A stretch of 64,000 nt of DNA. Source: Anaeromyxobacteraceae bacterium. GTDB taxonomy: Bacteria; Myxococcota; Myxococcia; Myxococcales; Anaeromyxobacteraceae. This document shows positions 41,141 to 51,331 of this stretch, piece after piece. The position numbers and the translations under genes are program-made. The notes below the pieces were generated by a model. It made no database searches. It was not told the origin of the DNA and worked only from the letters and a program-made list of their open reading frames with translations. The DNA lies in assembly GCA_047602405.1 (NCBI GenBank), contig JASGHJ010000001.1, positions 1 to 64,000 of the forward strand. The letters run 5' to 3'. How positions within the stretch are numbered: the first letter of the stretch is position 1; the number at the start of each line of letters is the position of its first letter.

Positions 41141-42496
41141 CTACGCGCCCTTCGGCTTCACGAGGTCGAGGCCGTGCCCGTGCTCGCCGCGCTCCTCGCG
41201 CCAGAGCAGGTACGAGAACACGAACCCCGCGGTCGACAGGAGCGCGAGCGCCCACAAGGACACGAGCCAGCCCTGCGGGTGCTCCGGGCTCGCGTGGAAC
41301 GCGTCGTTCGCGAGGCCGAGGCCCCAGCTCATGCCCGCCCAGCCGATCTGCTGGCAGAACGTCATGAGCGCGTAGGCGGAGCCGAGCCGCTCCTCGGCGA
41401 CGAGGTAGGTCACGCTCGGCCAGAGCACGGCGGGGACGAGCGCGAACGCGAGCCCCATCGAGCCCATCGAGAGCACGAGCTCGAGCGGCGTTCCGGCGGA
41501 GACGAGCACGCCGAGGCCGGGCAGCGCGAGCTCGGGCAGGACCACCCCGGTGTGCCAGTACGGCATGAGCAGGAACGGCGGCACGAGGAGGAACGACCCG
41601 GCCGCCATGAGGAGCGCGCGCTTCCCGATCCGGTCGGCGAGGAGGCCGAAGAGCGGCATGCCGATCATCGACAGCATCGGCAGCACCGACTTCAGGTTGC
41701 CGGCGGCCTCGTTGGTGAGGCCGTGCGCCTGGATGAAGTAGAGGTTCGCGAAGGTCCGGAACGGGAAGATGGTCGAGTAGAACGCGACGCAGAGCCCGAC
41801 CACCCACCAGTACGACCGCTGGAACTTCACGAGGCCGGAGAGGTCGAGCTTGTCCGTGACGATCGACTGCTTCACGCCGTACGCGCGCCCGGCGTGTGCC
41901 TCGAGGACCGCGTAGACCACCGCGAGGATTGCCCAGGTGAGGCCGACGCCGGCGGCGAGCGCGAGCGGCGGCTGCCAGCCGGTGAAGAGCCCCTTCGCGA
42001 GGCCGGGCGACTTGTCGGCGACGAGCGAGCCGAAGCGCGCGATGAGGAGCTGGATGGCGAGGGCGAAGGAGATCTCCTTCCCCTTGAACCAGCGGCCGAC
42101 GACGGTGGTCGCCGCGACGATGAAGAGCTCCGAGCCGACGCCGAGCACGAAGCGCCCGACCATCATCGCGAGGGCGGGCGCGCCGGGCACGAGCCCGGGC
42201 AAAAACGCGATGAGTGCGGTGCCGGCGGCGCCGACGATCCCGAAGAGCACCGAGGACTTCGCGGTGCCGAGCCGGTCGATGAGGATGCCGCCGCCCACCA
42301 GCGTGAGCAGCGCCGCGACGTTGTAGGCCGTGTCGAGGAGGCCGATCTGCTGGTCGGTGAAGCCGAGCTCGTGCTGCAGGAAGTCGGTGACCGGGTAGAG
42401 CGCGTCGAAGACGTAGTAGTTCCCGAACATGGCCGCGCTGCAGGCGAGCAGCACGAGCCAGCGGTAGCCGCGCGGCGGCTGGACGGCGGTGGTCAC
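41141..42496 (-). CDS. MFS transporter
   Basis: About 12 TM; GILIDRLG and GLLADRIGKR motif A; GRFVLGVG. Confidence 0.93.
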   Translation of the reverse strand: MTTAVQPPRGYRWLVLLACSAAMFGNYYVFDALYPVTDFLQHELGFTDQQIGLLDTAYNVAALLTLVGGGILIDRLGTAKSSVLFGIVGAAGTALIAFLPGLVPGAPALAMMVGRFVLGVGSELFIVAATTVVGRWFKGKEISFALAIQLLIARFGSLVADKSPGLAKGLFTGWQPPLALAAGVGLTWAILAVVYAVLEAHAGRAYGVKQSIVTDKLDLSGLVKFQRSYWWVVGLCVAFYSTIFPFRTFANLYFIQAHGLTNEAAGNLKSVLPMLSMIGMPLFGLLADRIGKRALLMAAGSFLLVPPFLLMPYWHTGVVLPELALPGLGVLVSAGTPLELVLSMGSMGLAFALVPAVLWPSVTYLVAEERLGSAYALMTFCQQIGWAGMSWGLGLANDAFHASPEHPQGWLVSLWALALLSTAGFVFSYLLWREERGEHGHGLDLVKPKGA

Positions 42497-42828
42497 TCGC
42501 GGCCCTTCGCGCCGCGGCGCTCGAGGCGCGCGGCCTCGAACGGCGTCGCCACCGAGGGGAAGCCGTCCGGGGCGACCGCGTTCCACGACGGCGGGAGCTT
42601 GCCCTCGGCGAGCGCGTAGATGTCGTTCGCGCCCTTCGCGACGACGAGCGCGCCGCCGGGGCCCGGGCGGACCTCCTCGTAGCGGAACACGTACTCGTCA
42701 CGGATGAGGACCGGCAGGCCCTTCACCGTCTCGAAGCCCCAGGCGTGCAGCCTCGTGACCTTGCCGAGGTCCTTGCCGTCGAGGTCCTTGACCTGCTGGC
42801 CCTTGCGGACGCCGTTGCGCTCGTTCAT
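42493..42828 (-). CDS. Small hypothetical protein (PRC-barrel/DUF2171-like)
   Basis: VKDLDGKDLGKV..F..KG pattern; GTGA overlap with the MFS gene. Confidence 0.7.
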   Translation of the reverse strand: MNERNGVRKGQQVKDLDGKDLGKVTRLHAWGFETVKGLPVLIRDEYVFRYEEVRPGPGGALVVAKGANDIYALAEGKLPPSWNAVAPDGFPSVATPFEAARLERRGAKGRE

Positions 42829-42886
42829 CGGTCGAGTGTCTCCGGTGAGGGTCCCGTGTTCTACCCCGAAACCGCCAGAAAGGCGC

Positions 42887-44161
42887 TCAGGAACGCTTCA
42901 CGCGCGCGGCGCGGAGGCGCGTCACCTTGCGCGGGTCCGCGTCGACGACCGTGAACGCCCAGCCGTGCCAGTGGATCCGCTCGCCCTTCACCGGGATGAC
43001 GCCGGCGACCTGGTTCACGAAGCCGCCCACGGTCTCGATGCCCTCGTCCTCGGGCAGGTCCGCCTTCGCCGCCTCGTTGAACTCGCGGATGGAGGCCTGG
43101 CCCTGGACGCTGAACGTCCCGTCGGCGTGCGCCTCGACCGGGCGGGCGTCCTCCTCGGTGAACTCGTCGCCGAGCGCACCGACGATCTGCTCGAGCACGT
43201 CCTCGAGGGTGCAGATGCCCATGATGCCGCCGTGCTCGTCGACGACGAACGCCATGTGGAGCTTGCGCCGCTGCATCTCGCGGAGCAGCGCGTCCACCGG
43301 CTTCGACCAGGGCACGAAGTACGGCGGCCGCAGGAGGTCGCGGAGCACGATGAGCTCCGGGTGCTGCAGCATCGGCACGAGGTCGCGCGCGTGGAGGACC
43401 CCGAGCACCTGGTCGAGGCTCTCCCGGTAGACCGGCATGCGCGAGTGGCCCTCCTCCGAGAGCAGGCGGAGGATCTCGTCGGGCCGCGTGTCGATCTCGA
43501 CGGCGACGACGTCGGTGCGCGGCACCATCACGTCCCGGGCGATCTTCTCGCGGAACTCGAAGACGTTGTGGATGAGCTCGGTGGTGGCCTGGCCGGAGGC
43601 GCCCTGCGTCTTCGCCCACTCCGCGAGCGCGCGCTCCATCTCCTCGAGCGGCGGGCGCGGCAGGGAGAAGCGGCCGCCGCCGGAGGCGACGCGGACCACC
43701 GCCGCGAGCGGGCGGAGCAGCGTGCGGGCCGCCGCGAAGGGCCGGGCGAACGCGAGCGCCACCGGCTCCGGGCTCGCCGCGCCGAGCGCGCGCCCGGCGG
43801 CGGCCATCGGCATCGAGACGAGCGCCGCGGCGAGCGCGGCGACGGCGCCCCAGGCGAAGCGGATCCCCTCCGCCGCCCCCGGGTTCGCGAGCGCGCCGGC
43901 CGCGCCGGCGAGGAAGCCGGCGAAGACGGTCGCGAGCGTCACCGAGGCGCGCAGGCCGAAGGAGGTCGACTCCGGGTCGTCGAACAGGCGGGCGAGCGCC
44001 CGGGCGCTCGGTGGAGCGCCGGCCTCCTGGCCGAGCGCCTGCGCCCTCGGCAGCCCCACCGCGACGAGCGCGGCCTCGAGCGCCGCGGCGAGCGCGCGCA
44101 CCGAGAGCAGCGCCAGGGCGCCCGCGGCGAGCACGAGCGCGAGCGGGTAGGAGGCCTCCAT
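42887..44161 (-). CDS. HlyC/CorC (CNNM-CBS-CorC) family protein
   Basis: TM region, RDVMVPRT, HSRMPVY, VVDEHGG..GICTLED, CorC C-terminus ETVGGF. Confidence 0.93.
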   Translation of the reverse strand: MEASYPLALVLAAGALALLSVRALAAALEAALVAVGLPRAQALGQEAGAPPSARALARLFDDPESTSFGLRASVTLATVFAGFLAGAAGALANPGAAEGIRFAWGAVAALAAALVSMPMAAAGRALGAASPEPVALAFARPFAAARTLLRPLAAVVRVASGGGRFSLPRPPLEEMERALAEWAKTQGASGQATTELIHNVFEFREKIARDVMVPRTDVVAVEIDTRPDEILRLLSEEGHSRMPVYRESLDQVLGVLHARDLVPMLQHPELIVLRDLLRPPYFVPWSKPVDALLREMQRRKLHMAFVVDEHGGIMGICTLEDVLEQIVGALGDEFTEEDARPVEAHADGTFSVQGQASIREFNEAAKADLPEDEGIETVGGFVNQVAGVIPVKGERIHWHGWAFTVVDADPRKVTRLRAARVKRS

Positions 44162-44223
44162 CGGCCCGAAAGCTAACCCGGAACGCGGGGTTCGATCTGC
44201 TATAAACCCGGGTCCCCGCGTGG

Positions 44224-44275
44224 GCGTCCCTCGTCTCCGGCCTGCCTCCGGCAGGCCCACGCTCCGGACGGGCGG
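44224..44275 (-). repeat. REP-like element, intergenic
   Basis: Minus strand CCGCCCGTCCGGAGCGTGGGCCTGCC-GGA-GGCAGGCCGGAGACGAGGGACGC. Confidence 0.8.
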
Positions 44276-44282
44276 GTATACG

Positions 44283-44960
44283 GTGCAGCTCGATCTCCAT
44301 GGACCTGCGGGCCGCCTCGAGGCCCTCCTCGACGACGCGCCGGACGCGCGCTTCGCGGCGCTCGTGTGCCACCCGCACCCGCGGTTCGGCGGCACGATGC
44401 ACAACCACGCGACCTACCGGCTCGCGAAGGCGGTGCGCGCGGCGGGCGGGCTCGCGCTCAGGTTCAACTACCGCGGCGTCGGCCGGAGCGGCGGCACCTA
44501 CGACCGCGCCCGCGGCGAGGCCGACGACGCGCGCGCCGCGCTGGCGTGGCTCGCGCTCGAGCGCCCGGAGCTGCCGCGGCTCGCGCTCGGCTTCTCGTTC
44601 GGCGCCTGGATGGCGGCGATCGCCGGCGGCGAGGATCCCGGCGTGCGGGCGCTCGTCATCGCGGGGCTCGCGCTCCGCTCGCCCGACCCGGACCTCACGC
44701 GCGACCTCGAGGCGGTCCGCCGCGCGCCGCAGCCGCTCGCGCTCGTGCAGGCGGAGCGCGACGAGTACGGCTCGCCCGCCGACGTCGAGGCGGCGCTCGA
44801 GGGCTCGCGCGGGCCGCGGCGCGTCTCGGTCGTCCGCGGCGCGACGCACCTCTTCACCGAGGACCTCGCCGGCCTGCAGCGCGAGGCCGAGGCCGCGCTC
44901 GCGTGGGCGATGCCGCTCGCCGGGCTCGCGGGCGCCGCCGCCGCCGGGGAGGCGCCGTGA
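44283..44960 (+). CDS. Alpha/beta hydrolase
   Basis: GPAGRLEA, CHPHPRFGGTMHN, FNYRGVG, GFSFG, HLF. Confidence 0.92.
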   Translation: MQLDLHGPAGRLEALLDDAPDARFAALVCHPHPRFGGTMHNHATYRLAKAVRAAGGLALRFNYRGVGRSGGTYDRARGEADDARAALAWLALERPELPRLALGFSFGAWMAAIAGGEDPGVRALVIAGLALRSPDPDLTRDLEAVRRAPQPLALVQAERDEYGSPADVEAALEGSRGPRRVSVVRGATHLFTEDLAGLQREAEAALAWAMPLAGLAGAAAAGEAP

Positions 44961-45412
44961 AGGCCAGCGCGGCCGAGGCCGGCGCGATGCTGGAGCGCCA
45001 CGCGGAGGACGCCGTGCGCCTCTGGCGCTCCGCGCGGCGGCAGGCGCGGCCCGGCGTGTTCCCGGGCACGCTCGACGAGCTCGTCGGACCGTTCGTGCGT
45101 GCGGTCGGCACGACGCTCATCGACGAGCGCGAGCCGTCGGCGGTCTGGGAGCGCGTCGCGGGCGTCCTGCGGTGCCCGCGCGAGGGCGCGAGCGCCGAGC
45201 ACGAGATCGAGTGGACGATCGCCGGCGAGGTGGCCGCGGCGGTCGCGGAGGCGCTCGGCGTGGGCCAGGAGGTCAGGCTGCACGCGGTCGCGGCCGCGCG
45301 CGCGTGCGCCGAGGCGAGCCGCCGGCTCGCGCAGCAGCCCGGGCCGAGCCACGGCCCCGTGCTGAAGCTGCTCGTCGCGACGAAGCCGCATCCCCGGACG
45401 GGGAAGCGGTAG
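44957..45412 (+). CDS. Hypothetical helical protein
   Basis: GTGA overlap with the upstream gene; plausible composition. Confidence 0.65.
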   Translation: MKASAAEAGAMLERHAEDAVRLWRSARRQARPGVFPGTLDELVGPFVRAVGTTLIDEREPSAVWERVAGVLRCPREGASAEHEIEWTIAGEVAAAVAEALGVGQEVRLHAVAAARACAEASRRLAQQPGPSHGPVLKLLVATKPHPRTGKR

Positions 45413-45415
45413 CTC

Positions 45416-45464
45416 CGCCCCTCGTCTCCGGGCCGCTGCGCGGCCCGACGCTCGGGGCGAACGG
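45416..45464 (-). repeat. REP-like element between convergent genes
   Basis: Minus strand CCGTTCGCCCCGAGCGTCGGGCCGC-GCA-GCGGCCCGGAGACGAGGGGCG. Confidence 0.85.
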
Positions 45465-45482
45465 ATCAGGAGAGGCCGCTCG

Positions 45483-45836
45483 CTAGTGCACCGTCGCCGC
45501 GTGACGGCGGACGACCGCGAGCAGATGGTCGAGATCGAACGGCTTCTCGATGAACCCGGCCGCGTCGAGGCCGTTCACCTTGCCGAGCGCCGAGACCACG
45601 ACGACCGGGATCCCGGCGAGGTCGGGGTCGCACTTCTGGGCGGCCCTGAACTCCCAGCCGTTCATGCCGGGCATCATGAGGTCCAGCAGCACCAGCGCCG
45701 GCCGCACGTCGCGCGCCTTCTCGAGCGCCTCCGCACCGTCGCCGACCGCGTGGACCGTGTAGCCCTCCTCGGCCAGGGCCTCGGAGACCGCCTCGCGGAT
45801 GTCGCTCTCGTCGTCCACCACCAGCACGGAAGCCAT
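45483..45836 (-). CDS. Single-domain response regulator
   Basis: VLVVDDE, LLDLMMPGMNG, EKPF. Confidence 0.93.
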   Translation of the reverse strand: MASVLVVDDESDIREAVSEALAEEGYTVHAVGDGAEALEKARDVRPALVLLDLMMPGMNGWEFRAAQKCDPDLAGIPVVVVSALGKVNGLDAAGFIEKPFDLDHLLAVVRRHAATVH

Positions 45837-45987
45837 GTGGGATGAACTAGGGATCGCGAAAGATCCAGGCAACTTGTGGGGACGGTCCTCAGGTGGGCCG
45901 CCAGGCCGCCTGGCGCCTCCCCCTCCGACGGATCGTCGAGCGGTCAGGTAGAATCTTCAGCCTGCCTCGCAGGTCCGGAGGAGCACC

Positions 45988-46386
45988 ATGCAGGATCCCG
46001 TCGAGCGCTTCCTCGAGTCCCCCGCGTTCGCCGTCGCCGGCGCGTCGACCGACCGCCACAAGTACGGCAACAAGGTGCTGCGCTGCTACCTGCAGCACGG
46101 GCGGAGGGTGACTCCGGTGAACCCGCGCGAGCAGGAGATCGAGGGCCTCGCCTGCGTCGCCTCCGTGGCGGCGCTGCCGGACGACGTGAAGGCCCTCTCG
46201 ATCGTGACCCCGCCCCCCGTGACGGAGCAGGTCGTCGATGCGGCGATCGCGAAGGGCATCCGGCACCTCTGGATGCAGCCCGGCGCGGAGAGCCCCGCGG
46301 CGGTCGCGCGCGCCGAGCAGGCGGGCCTGAACGTCATCGCGGACGGGACTTGCCTGCTCGTGGTCCTCGGGTACAGCGAGCGCTGA
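45988..46386 (+). CDS. CoA-binding protein (YccU-like)
   Basis: AVAGAS..KYG, PVNP, WMQPG; GGAGGAG RBS. Confidence 0.92.
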   Translation: MQDPVERFLESPAFAVAGASTDRHKYGNKVLRCYLQHGRRVTPVNPREQEIEGLACVASVAALPDDVKALSIVTPPPVTEQVVDAAIAKGIRHLWMQPGAESPAAVARAEQAGLNVIADGTCLLVVLGYSER

Positions 46387-46390
46387 CCCG

Positions 46391-46423
46391 CCGCTCATCC
46401 TTCGACAGGCTCAGGATGAGCGG
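46391..46423 (-). repeat. REP-like element, short type with a perfect 10-bp stem; may act as a terminator
   Basis: CCGCTCATCC-TTCGACAGGCTCA-GGATGAGCGG between convergent genes. Confidence 0.75.
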
Positions 46424-46426
46424 GGC

Positions 46427-47749
46427 TCAGCTCCCCGCGAGCTGCACGCCCTCGAACACGAGCGTCGGCGTGCGCATCGACGAGTAGGCGTACGGGTCGT
46501 TGCCGACGGCCGCGAGCCGCTTCCAGAGCTCGAGCTGGTTGCCCGACACGTTCATCTCGCCCACCGGCTCCTTCACCTCGCCGCCGGAGATCCGGAACCC
46601 GCGCACGCCGAGCGAGAAGTCGCCGGTCGTGCCGTTCGAGTTGCCGCCGAGGAAGCCGGTGACGAGCACGCCCTCGCCGGCGTCCTTCACGAGCTCCTCC
46701 TGCGAGCGCGGGCCGAGCGTCCAGGTGAGGTTCGAGGTGCGGCCGGTCGTGGCCGCGAGCCCGAGCTTCCGGCCGTAGTACGTGTCCACGTAGTAGTTCC
46801 GGAGCGCGCCCCGCTCGAACACCTGGAACGGCCTCGCCGCCAGCCCCTCGCCGTCGTAGTGGCGCGAGCCGAGGCCGCGCCGCACGTGCGGATCGTCGCG
46901 CACGTCGAGGAGCGGGCTCCCGATGACCTCGCCCTGCTTGCCCTCGAGGAACGAGCGCCGCTGCTGCAGCGACGCCGCCGAGAGCGGGACGAACAGCATC
47001 GACACGAGCCGCCCCGCCGCGCGCGCCTCGACGACGAGCGTCGAGAGCGCGGTCGCGCCCTTCACCGCGCCCACGCGGGAGAGCGCCCGCCGCGCCGCGC
47101 GCGCGCCGACCTCCGCGGGCGGCTCCATCGCGTTGCGGAAGCGGCCGCCCGAGGCCGCGAACTCCTCCGGCCGGCGGCCGTCGGGGTCGAGCACGGCGAC
47201 CTCGGCGCCCACCCAGAAGTCGGTGCCGCGCTTCGTACCCTCGAAGCCGTTCGTGTGGACGAGCGCGCTCTCGGCGCGCGTGTCGGAGACGCTGGTCGTG
47301 ACCGAGAGGATCCGGTCGGAGCCGAGCGGGCTCCGGGCGCCCGCCTCGGCGGCCTCGGCGGCGCGCAGGCGCTCCTCCGGCGTGAGCCCCGCGTGCGTCC
47401 CGTCCTCGAGCTCGAGGTCGACGTCGGCGCGGCCGAGGTAGAGCTCGGGATCCGGGAGCCGCCGGTGCGGATCCTCGGCGAGCGCGCGGGCGAGCGCGAT
47501 GGAGCGGCGCACGAAGGCCTCGAGCGCCCCGTCGCGCAGGTCGCTCGTCGAGACCGCGGCGTAGCGGCCGTCCACGTACAGATCGAGCCCCAGCCCGCGG
47601 GTGGTGGCCTCGGTGACCTTCTCCACCTTGCCGTCGCGCCAGGCGAGCTCGACGTGGCGGGCGCGGTAGGCGCCGGCGGCGGCCTCGCGGGCGCCGGCCT
47701 CGAGGGCGAGCTTCGCCGCGCGGCGGGCGAGATCCAGGAGCTCGCTCAC
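46427..47749 (-). CDS. pmbA: TldE/PmbA-family protein
   Basis: SFLEGK, DDPH, DGEG, TGDFSLG, VGND; no HExxH. Confidence 0.9.
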   Translation of the reverse strand: MSELLDLARRAAKLALEAGAREAAAGAYRARHVELAWRDGKVEKVTEATTRGLGLDLYVDGRYAAVSTSDLRDGALEAFVRRSIALARALAEDPHRRLPDPELYLGRADVDLELEDGTHAGLTPEERLRAAEAAEAGARSPLGSDRILSVTTSVSDTRAESALVHTNGFEGTKRGTDFWVGAEVAVLDPDGRRPEEFAASGGRFRNAMEPPAEVGARAARRALSRVGAVKGATALSTLVVEARAAGRLVSMLFVPLSAASLQQRRSFLEGKQGEVIGSPLLDVRDDPHVRRGLGSRHYDGEGLAARPFQVFERGALRNYYVDTYYGRKLGLAATTGRTSNLTWTLGPRSQEELVKDAGEGVLVTGFLGGNSNGTTGDFSLGVRGFRISGGEVKEPVGEMNVSGNQLELWKRLAAVGNDPYAYSSMRTPTLVFEGVQLAGS

Positions 47750-49212
47750 CTCGACCTCCCGCCGACCGTCATCGAGGCGACGCGCACCGTGGGGAGCCCC
47801 TGCGAGACCGGCACGCTCTGGCCGTCCTTCCCGCAGGTCCAGCCGCCCTCGTCGATGGCGAGATCGTCGGAGACCATGTCCACCTGCTCGAGCGCCTTCG
47901 GGCCGTTGCCGATGATGTTCACGTCCTTCACCGGCCGGGTGAGCTTGCCGTCCTCGATGAGGTAGCCGTTCTTCACGTAGAAGGTGAAGTCGCCGGCGCC
48001 GATGTTGACCTGCCCGTTCGAGAAGTTCTGGCAGTAGATGCCGCGCTTCACCGACCGGACGATCTCCTCGGTGCGGTGCGGCCCGGGGAGCATGTAGGTC
48101 GCGCGCATGCGCGGGAGCGGCGCGTGGCGGTAGCTCTCGCGGCGGCCGCTGCCGGTCGGGGCGACGCCGTAGTGGCGCGCCGAGATCGCGTCGTGGAGGT
48201 AGGTCGCGAGCACGCCGCCCTCGACGAGCGTGGTGCGGCCGGCGGGGTTGCCCTCGTCGTCGACGTTGATGGCGCCGCGGGCGCCCTGCGGCGTCGCGTC
48301 GTCGACGATGTTCACGAACGGCTGCGCGATGCGCTTGCCGATCTTGTCGGCGTAGATGCTGACGCCCTTGCGGTTGAAGTCGGCCTCCATGCCGTGGCCG
48401 ATGGCCTCGTGGAGGAGGATGCCGGAGGAGCCGGCGGCGAGCACGACCGGCATCTCGCCCGCGGGCGGCTGGCCGGCCTCGAAGAGGATGGCCGTGCGCG
48501 CGACCGCCTCCCTCACGACGCGGTCGAGCCGGTCGGGCGCGTAGAACTCGAAGCCGGCGCGGCCGGCGACGTTGTAGCCGTTCTGCTCGCGGCGGCCGCC
48601 CGCCTCGGCGAGCACCGACATCGAGAGCACGGTCATCGGCTGCACGTCCTCGACGAGGCGGCCCTCGGAGTCGGCGATCAAGACGACGCCGGACTCGTCG
48701 GAGAGGTGGACGTTCACCTTCTTCACGCGCGGGTCGGCGGCGAAGGCGCGCGCCTCGAGCCCGGCGAGGAGCGGGAGCTTCTCGCCCGCGGCGACCTCCT
48801 CCCACGGGCGCGCGAGCGGGTAGCGGTCCGGGAGGTCCCGGCGCACGTGCAGCGCGGTCGGGCCGGGGCGCGACGGGCCGGAGGCGATCGCGGCGGCGGT
48901 GCGCGCGCACTCGAGGAGCGCGGGCAGGGAGAGGTCCTCGGTGTAGCCGTAGCCGGTCTGGTCGCCGACGACGACGCGCACGCCGACGCCGAGCTCGGCG
49001 GAGGCGTAGGCGCGGTTCACCGCCCCGTCCTCGAGCCCGAGGCCGCTCGTCTGCCGGTGCTGGAAGAAGACGTCGGCGTGATCTCCGCCGCGCGAGAGCG
49101 CCGCGGCGAGCGTCTCGCGGATCATCGCCGCGGTCACGCCGAAGTTCCTCTCGAAGTACGCTGGCGGCTGCCGAGGTTCAGGCTGGCCGGCACCCGGTCG
49201 TTCCATCCCCAT
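47746..49212 (-). CDS. tldD: TldD metalloprotease
   Basis: LLHEAIGHGMEAD, DDEG, GRRESY..PRM, CGKDGQSVPV. Confidence 0.95.
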   Translation of the reverse strand: MGMERPGAGQPEPRQPPAYFERNFGVTAAMIRETLAAALSRGGDHADVFFQHRQTSGLGLEDGAVNRAYASAELGVGVRVVVGDQTGYGYTEDLSLPALLECARTAAAIASGPSRPGPTALHVRRDLPDRYPLARPWEEVAAGEKLPLLAGLEARAFAADPRVKKVNVHLSDESGVVLIADSEGRLVEDVQPMTVLSMSVLAEAGGRREQNGYNVAGRAGFEFYAPDRLDRVVREAVARTAILFEAGQPPAGEMPVVLAAGSSGILLHEAIGHGMEADFNRKGVSIYADKIGKRIAQPFVNIVDDATPQGARGAINVDDEGNPAGRTTLVEGGVLATYLHDAISARHYGVAPTGSGRRESYRHAPLPRMRATYMLPGPHRTEEIVRSVKRGIYCQNFSNGQVNIGAGDFTFYVKNGYLIEDGKLTRPVKDVNIIGNGPKALEQVDMVSDDLAIDEGGWTCGKDGQSVPVSQGLPTVRVASMTVGGRSR

Positions 49213-49240
49213 CCACTAACCCCGTGCTAAGCCTATTTCC

Positions 49241-50068
49241 ATGCCCATCACCCGGCTGAACGGGGTCGACCTGCATTACCTCGACGCGGGTCCGGGCGCG
49301 CCCGGACCCGGGGGCGCACCCGCGCGGCCGTCCGCGGACGCCGTGCTCCTCCTGCACGCGTTCCCGCTGCACTCGGGCATGTGGACCCACGCGGTCGCGG
49401 CCCTCTCGAGCCGGCACCGGGTCATCGCGCCGGACTACCGGGGGCTCGGCAAGACGCCGCCCTCGGGCGAGCCCTCGACGATGCCGCTCGTCGCGGGGGA
49501 CGTCCGGGCGCTCCTCGGCCACCTGCGCGTCGAGCGGGCGGTCGTGGTCGGGCTCTCGATGGGCGGCTACGTCGCGCTCGAGCTGTTCCGCCAGGCGCCC
49601 GCGCTCTTCCGCGGCCTCGTGCTCTGCGACACGAAGGCCGGCGCCGACACGCCGGAGGGCGCCGCCGGCCGCGAGGCGATGGCGCGGACCGCGCTCGAGC
49701 GCGGCCTCGAGTGGGTGGCCGACGACATGATCCCGAAGCTGCTCCGCGAGGGCCACGACCCGGCGACCGCGAAGACCGTGCGGGAGCTCATCCGCGGCGG
49801 CACGCCGGCCGGCGTCGCGGCCGCGCAGCGGGGGATGGCGGTGCGGCCGGACTCGACCGCGACGCTCGGGCTCGTGAAGGTGCCCTCGCTCGTGATCGTC
49901 GGTGAGGCGGACAAGATGACGCCGCCCGCCGAGGCGCAGAAGCTCGCGGCGGGGATCGGGGGCGCGCGGGTCGAGGTGATCCCGGCGGCCGGGCACCTCT
50001 CGAACCTCGAGAACCCGGAGGCGTTCTCGCGGGTGCTCGCGGGGTTCGTGGACGGGATCGGTGGTTAG
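49241..50068 (+). CDS. Alpha/beta hydrolase (enol-lactonase-like)
   Basis: LLHAFP, GLSMGG, GEAD, GHLSNLE. Confidence 0.92.
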   Translation: MPITRLNGVDLHYLDAGPGAPGPGGAPARPSADAVLLLHAFPLHSGMWTHAVAALSSRHRVIAPDYRGLGKTPPSGEPSTMPLVAGDVRALLGHLRVERAVVVGLSMGGYVALELFRQAPALFRGLVLCDTKAGADTPEGAAGREAMARTALERGLEWVADDMIPKLLREGHDPATAKTVRELIRGGTPAGVAAAQRGMAVRPDSTATLGLVKVPSLVIVGEADKMTPPAEAQKLAAGIGGARVEVIPAAGHLSNLENPEAFSRVLAGFVDGIGG

Positions 50069-51324
50069 GGCGCGAAGCTGAAGGTGCTCCAGGTGGAGGA
50101 CGTGTAGACCCGCTCCGCGGTCGACTGCGGCACGAGGTACCCGAGCCCGAACTCCTCCGCCGACGCGTGGTCGTCCACCGTCGCGTTCGGTCCGATCCCG
50201 GTCACGCGCCAGTAGAGGTTCCTGCCCACGGGCACGCCGACGAGCGAGAAGTCCGGGACCGCGACCGACTCGCCGCCCGTGACGATCGCGAACGGGATGC
50301 CGTTCCCGGGGGTGAGCTCGACGACCGAGACGAGCCCGGGCACCGGCTGCTTCCAGGCCAGCGCACCCGAGCGTGGGAGCGTCCCGTCCGGCGCCGGCGA
50401 GGTGAGGCCGAACGCGCCCGGGAGGCTCACCGCCCAGGCGCCGCCGCCCGCGTCGGCGGCCGAGAAGGTCCGCGACGCGACGGCGTAGCGACCATCGGGG
50501 AAGGACGCCAGCACCTCGGCCCGGAGGCGGGCAGGCCCCGCGTCGGGGATCGGGATCTTCCACGGGGGCGAGGCGTTCGTCGGGACGGGCGTCGCGCCGT
50601 CATACGGTCGCTGGAGGCGCACCCCCGCGTACGTGACCTGTCCGGTCAGGGTGGTCTCGCTGGCGTCCGGGGCGGAGATCGTGACGTCCTTCCAGAGGGT
50701 CCCGACGGGCGACATCACCATGGGCGGGAGGTCGAGGTGCTGGTCAGGCGAGAGGCTGACCGGGCCGGCCGAGCCCTGGGTGCCGTAGCCGGCGAAGCCT
50801 CCGGGCCGGGCGTCGTACGTCAGCGTGATCGCCCGGAGCGAGACCATCTCGGTCGTCCCGGAGCGCAAGGCCATGTACACGCAGTCGGCCGACGCGTCGA
50901 AGAGCAGCCCGTCCGACCCGATGCCCGCGACCGAACGCGTGGCCGAGCCCGCCGCAAACGTCGTGCAGACCGTGCCCCCCGTGACCGGCCCCTCGGCGAA
51001 CGGGGTGAGGGCCACGAGCACCGGGTCGGCGCGCCGCAGGCCGAGCCAGGCGCCCCCCCATGCGACGAAGCCGGAGGCCGCCGACGGGACGCCGATGAGC
51101 GCGTCATAGGGGACCTTCACGTGGTCCGCCGAGAAGGTCCCATCCGCGCCGGTCACCACCGCCGCGCCGCCGGCGACCGAGACCTTCACGTTCGCGAGCG
51201 GCCGGCCGTGGATGCCGACGACGCGCCCCCGGACGTCCACGTACGCGGGGGTCTTCTCGCCGCCGCCGCAGGCCGCGAGCAGCGCGCCGGCGAGCAGGAC
51301 CGCCGTTCCTCGGGGCATGGTCAT
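50065..51324 (-). CDS. Lipoprotein with a carboxypeptidase-regulatory-like domain
   Basis: Lipobox LAAC; GRVVG..GRPLANVKV...TGADGTF. Confidence 0.8.
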   Translation of the reverse strand: MTMPRGTAVLLAGALLAACGGGEKTPAYVDVRGRVVGIHGRPLANVKVSVAGGAAVVTGADGTFSADHVKVPYDALIGVPSAASGFVAWGGAWLGLRRADPVLVALTPFAEGPVTGGTVCTTFAAGSATRSVAGIGSDGLLFDASADCVYMALRSGTTEMVSLRAITLTYDARPGGFAGYGTQGSAGPVSLSPDQHLDLPPMVMSPVGTLWKDVTISAPDASETTLTGQVTYAGVRLQRPYDGATPVPTNASPPWKIPIPDAGPARLRAEVLASFPDGRYAVASRTFSAADAGGGAWAVSLPGAFGLTSPAPDGTLPRSGALAWKQPVPGLVSVVELTPGNGIPFAIVTGGESVAVPDFSLVGVPVGRNLYWRVTGIGPNATVDDHASAEEFGLGYLVPQSTAERVYTSSTWSTFSFAP

Positions 51325-51331
51325 GGGCGCT

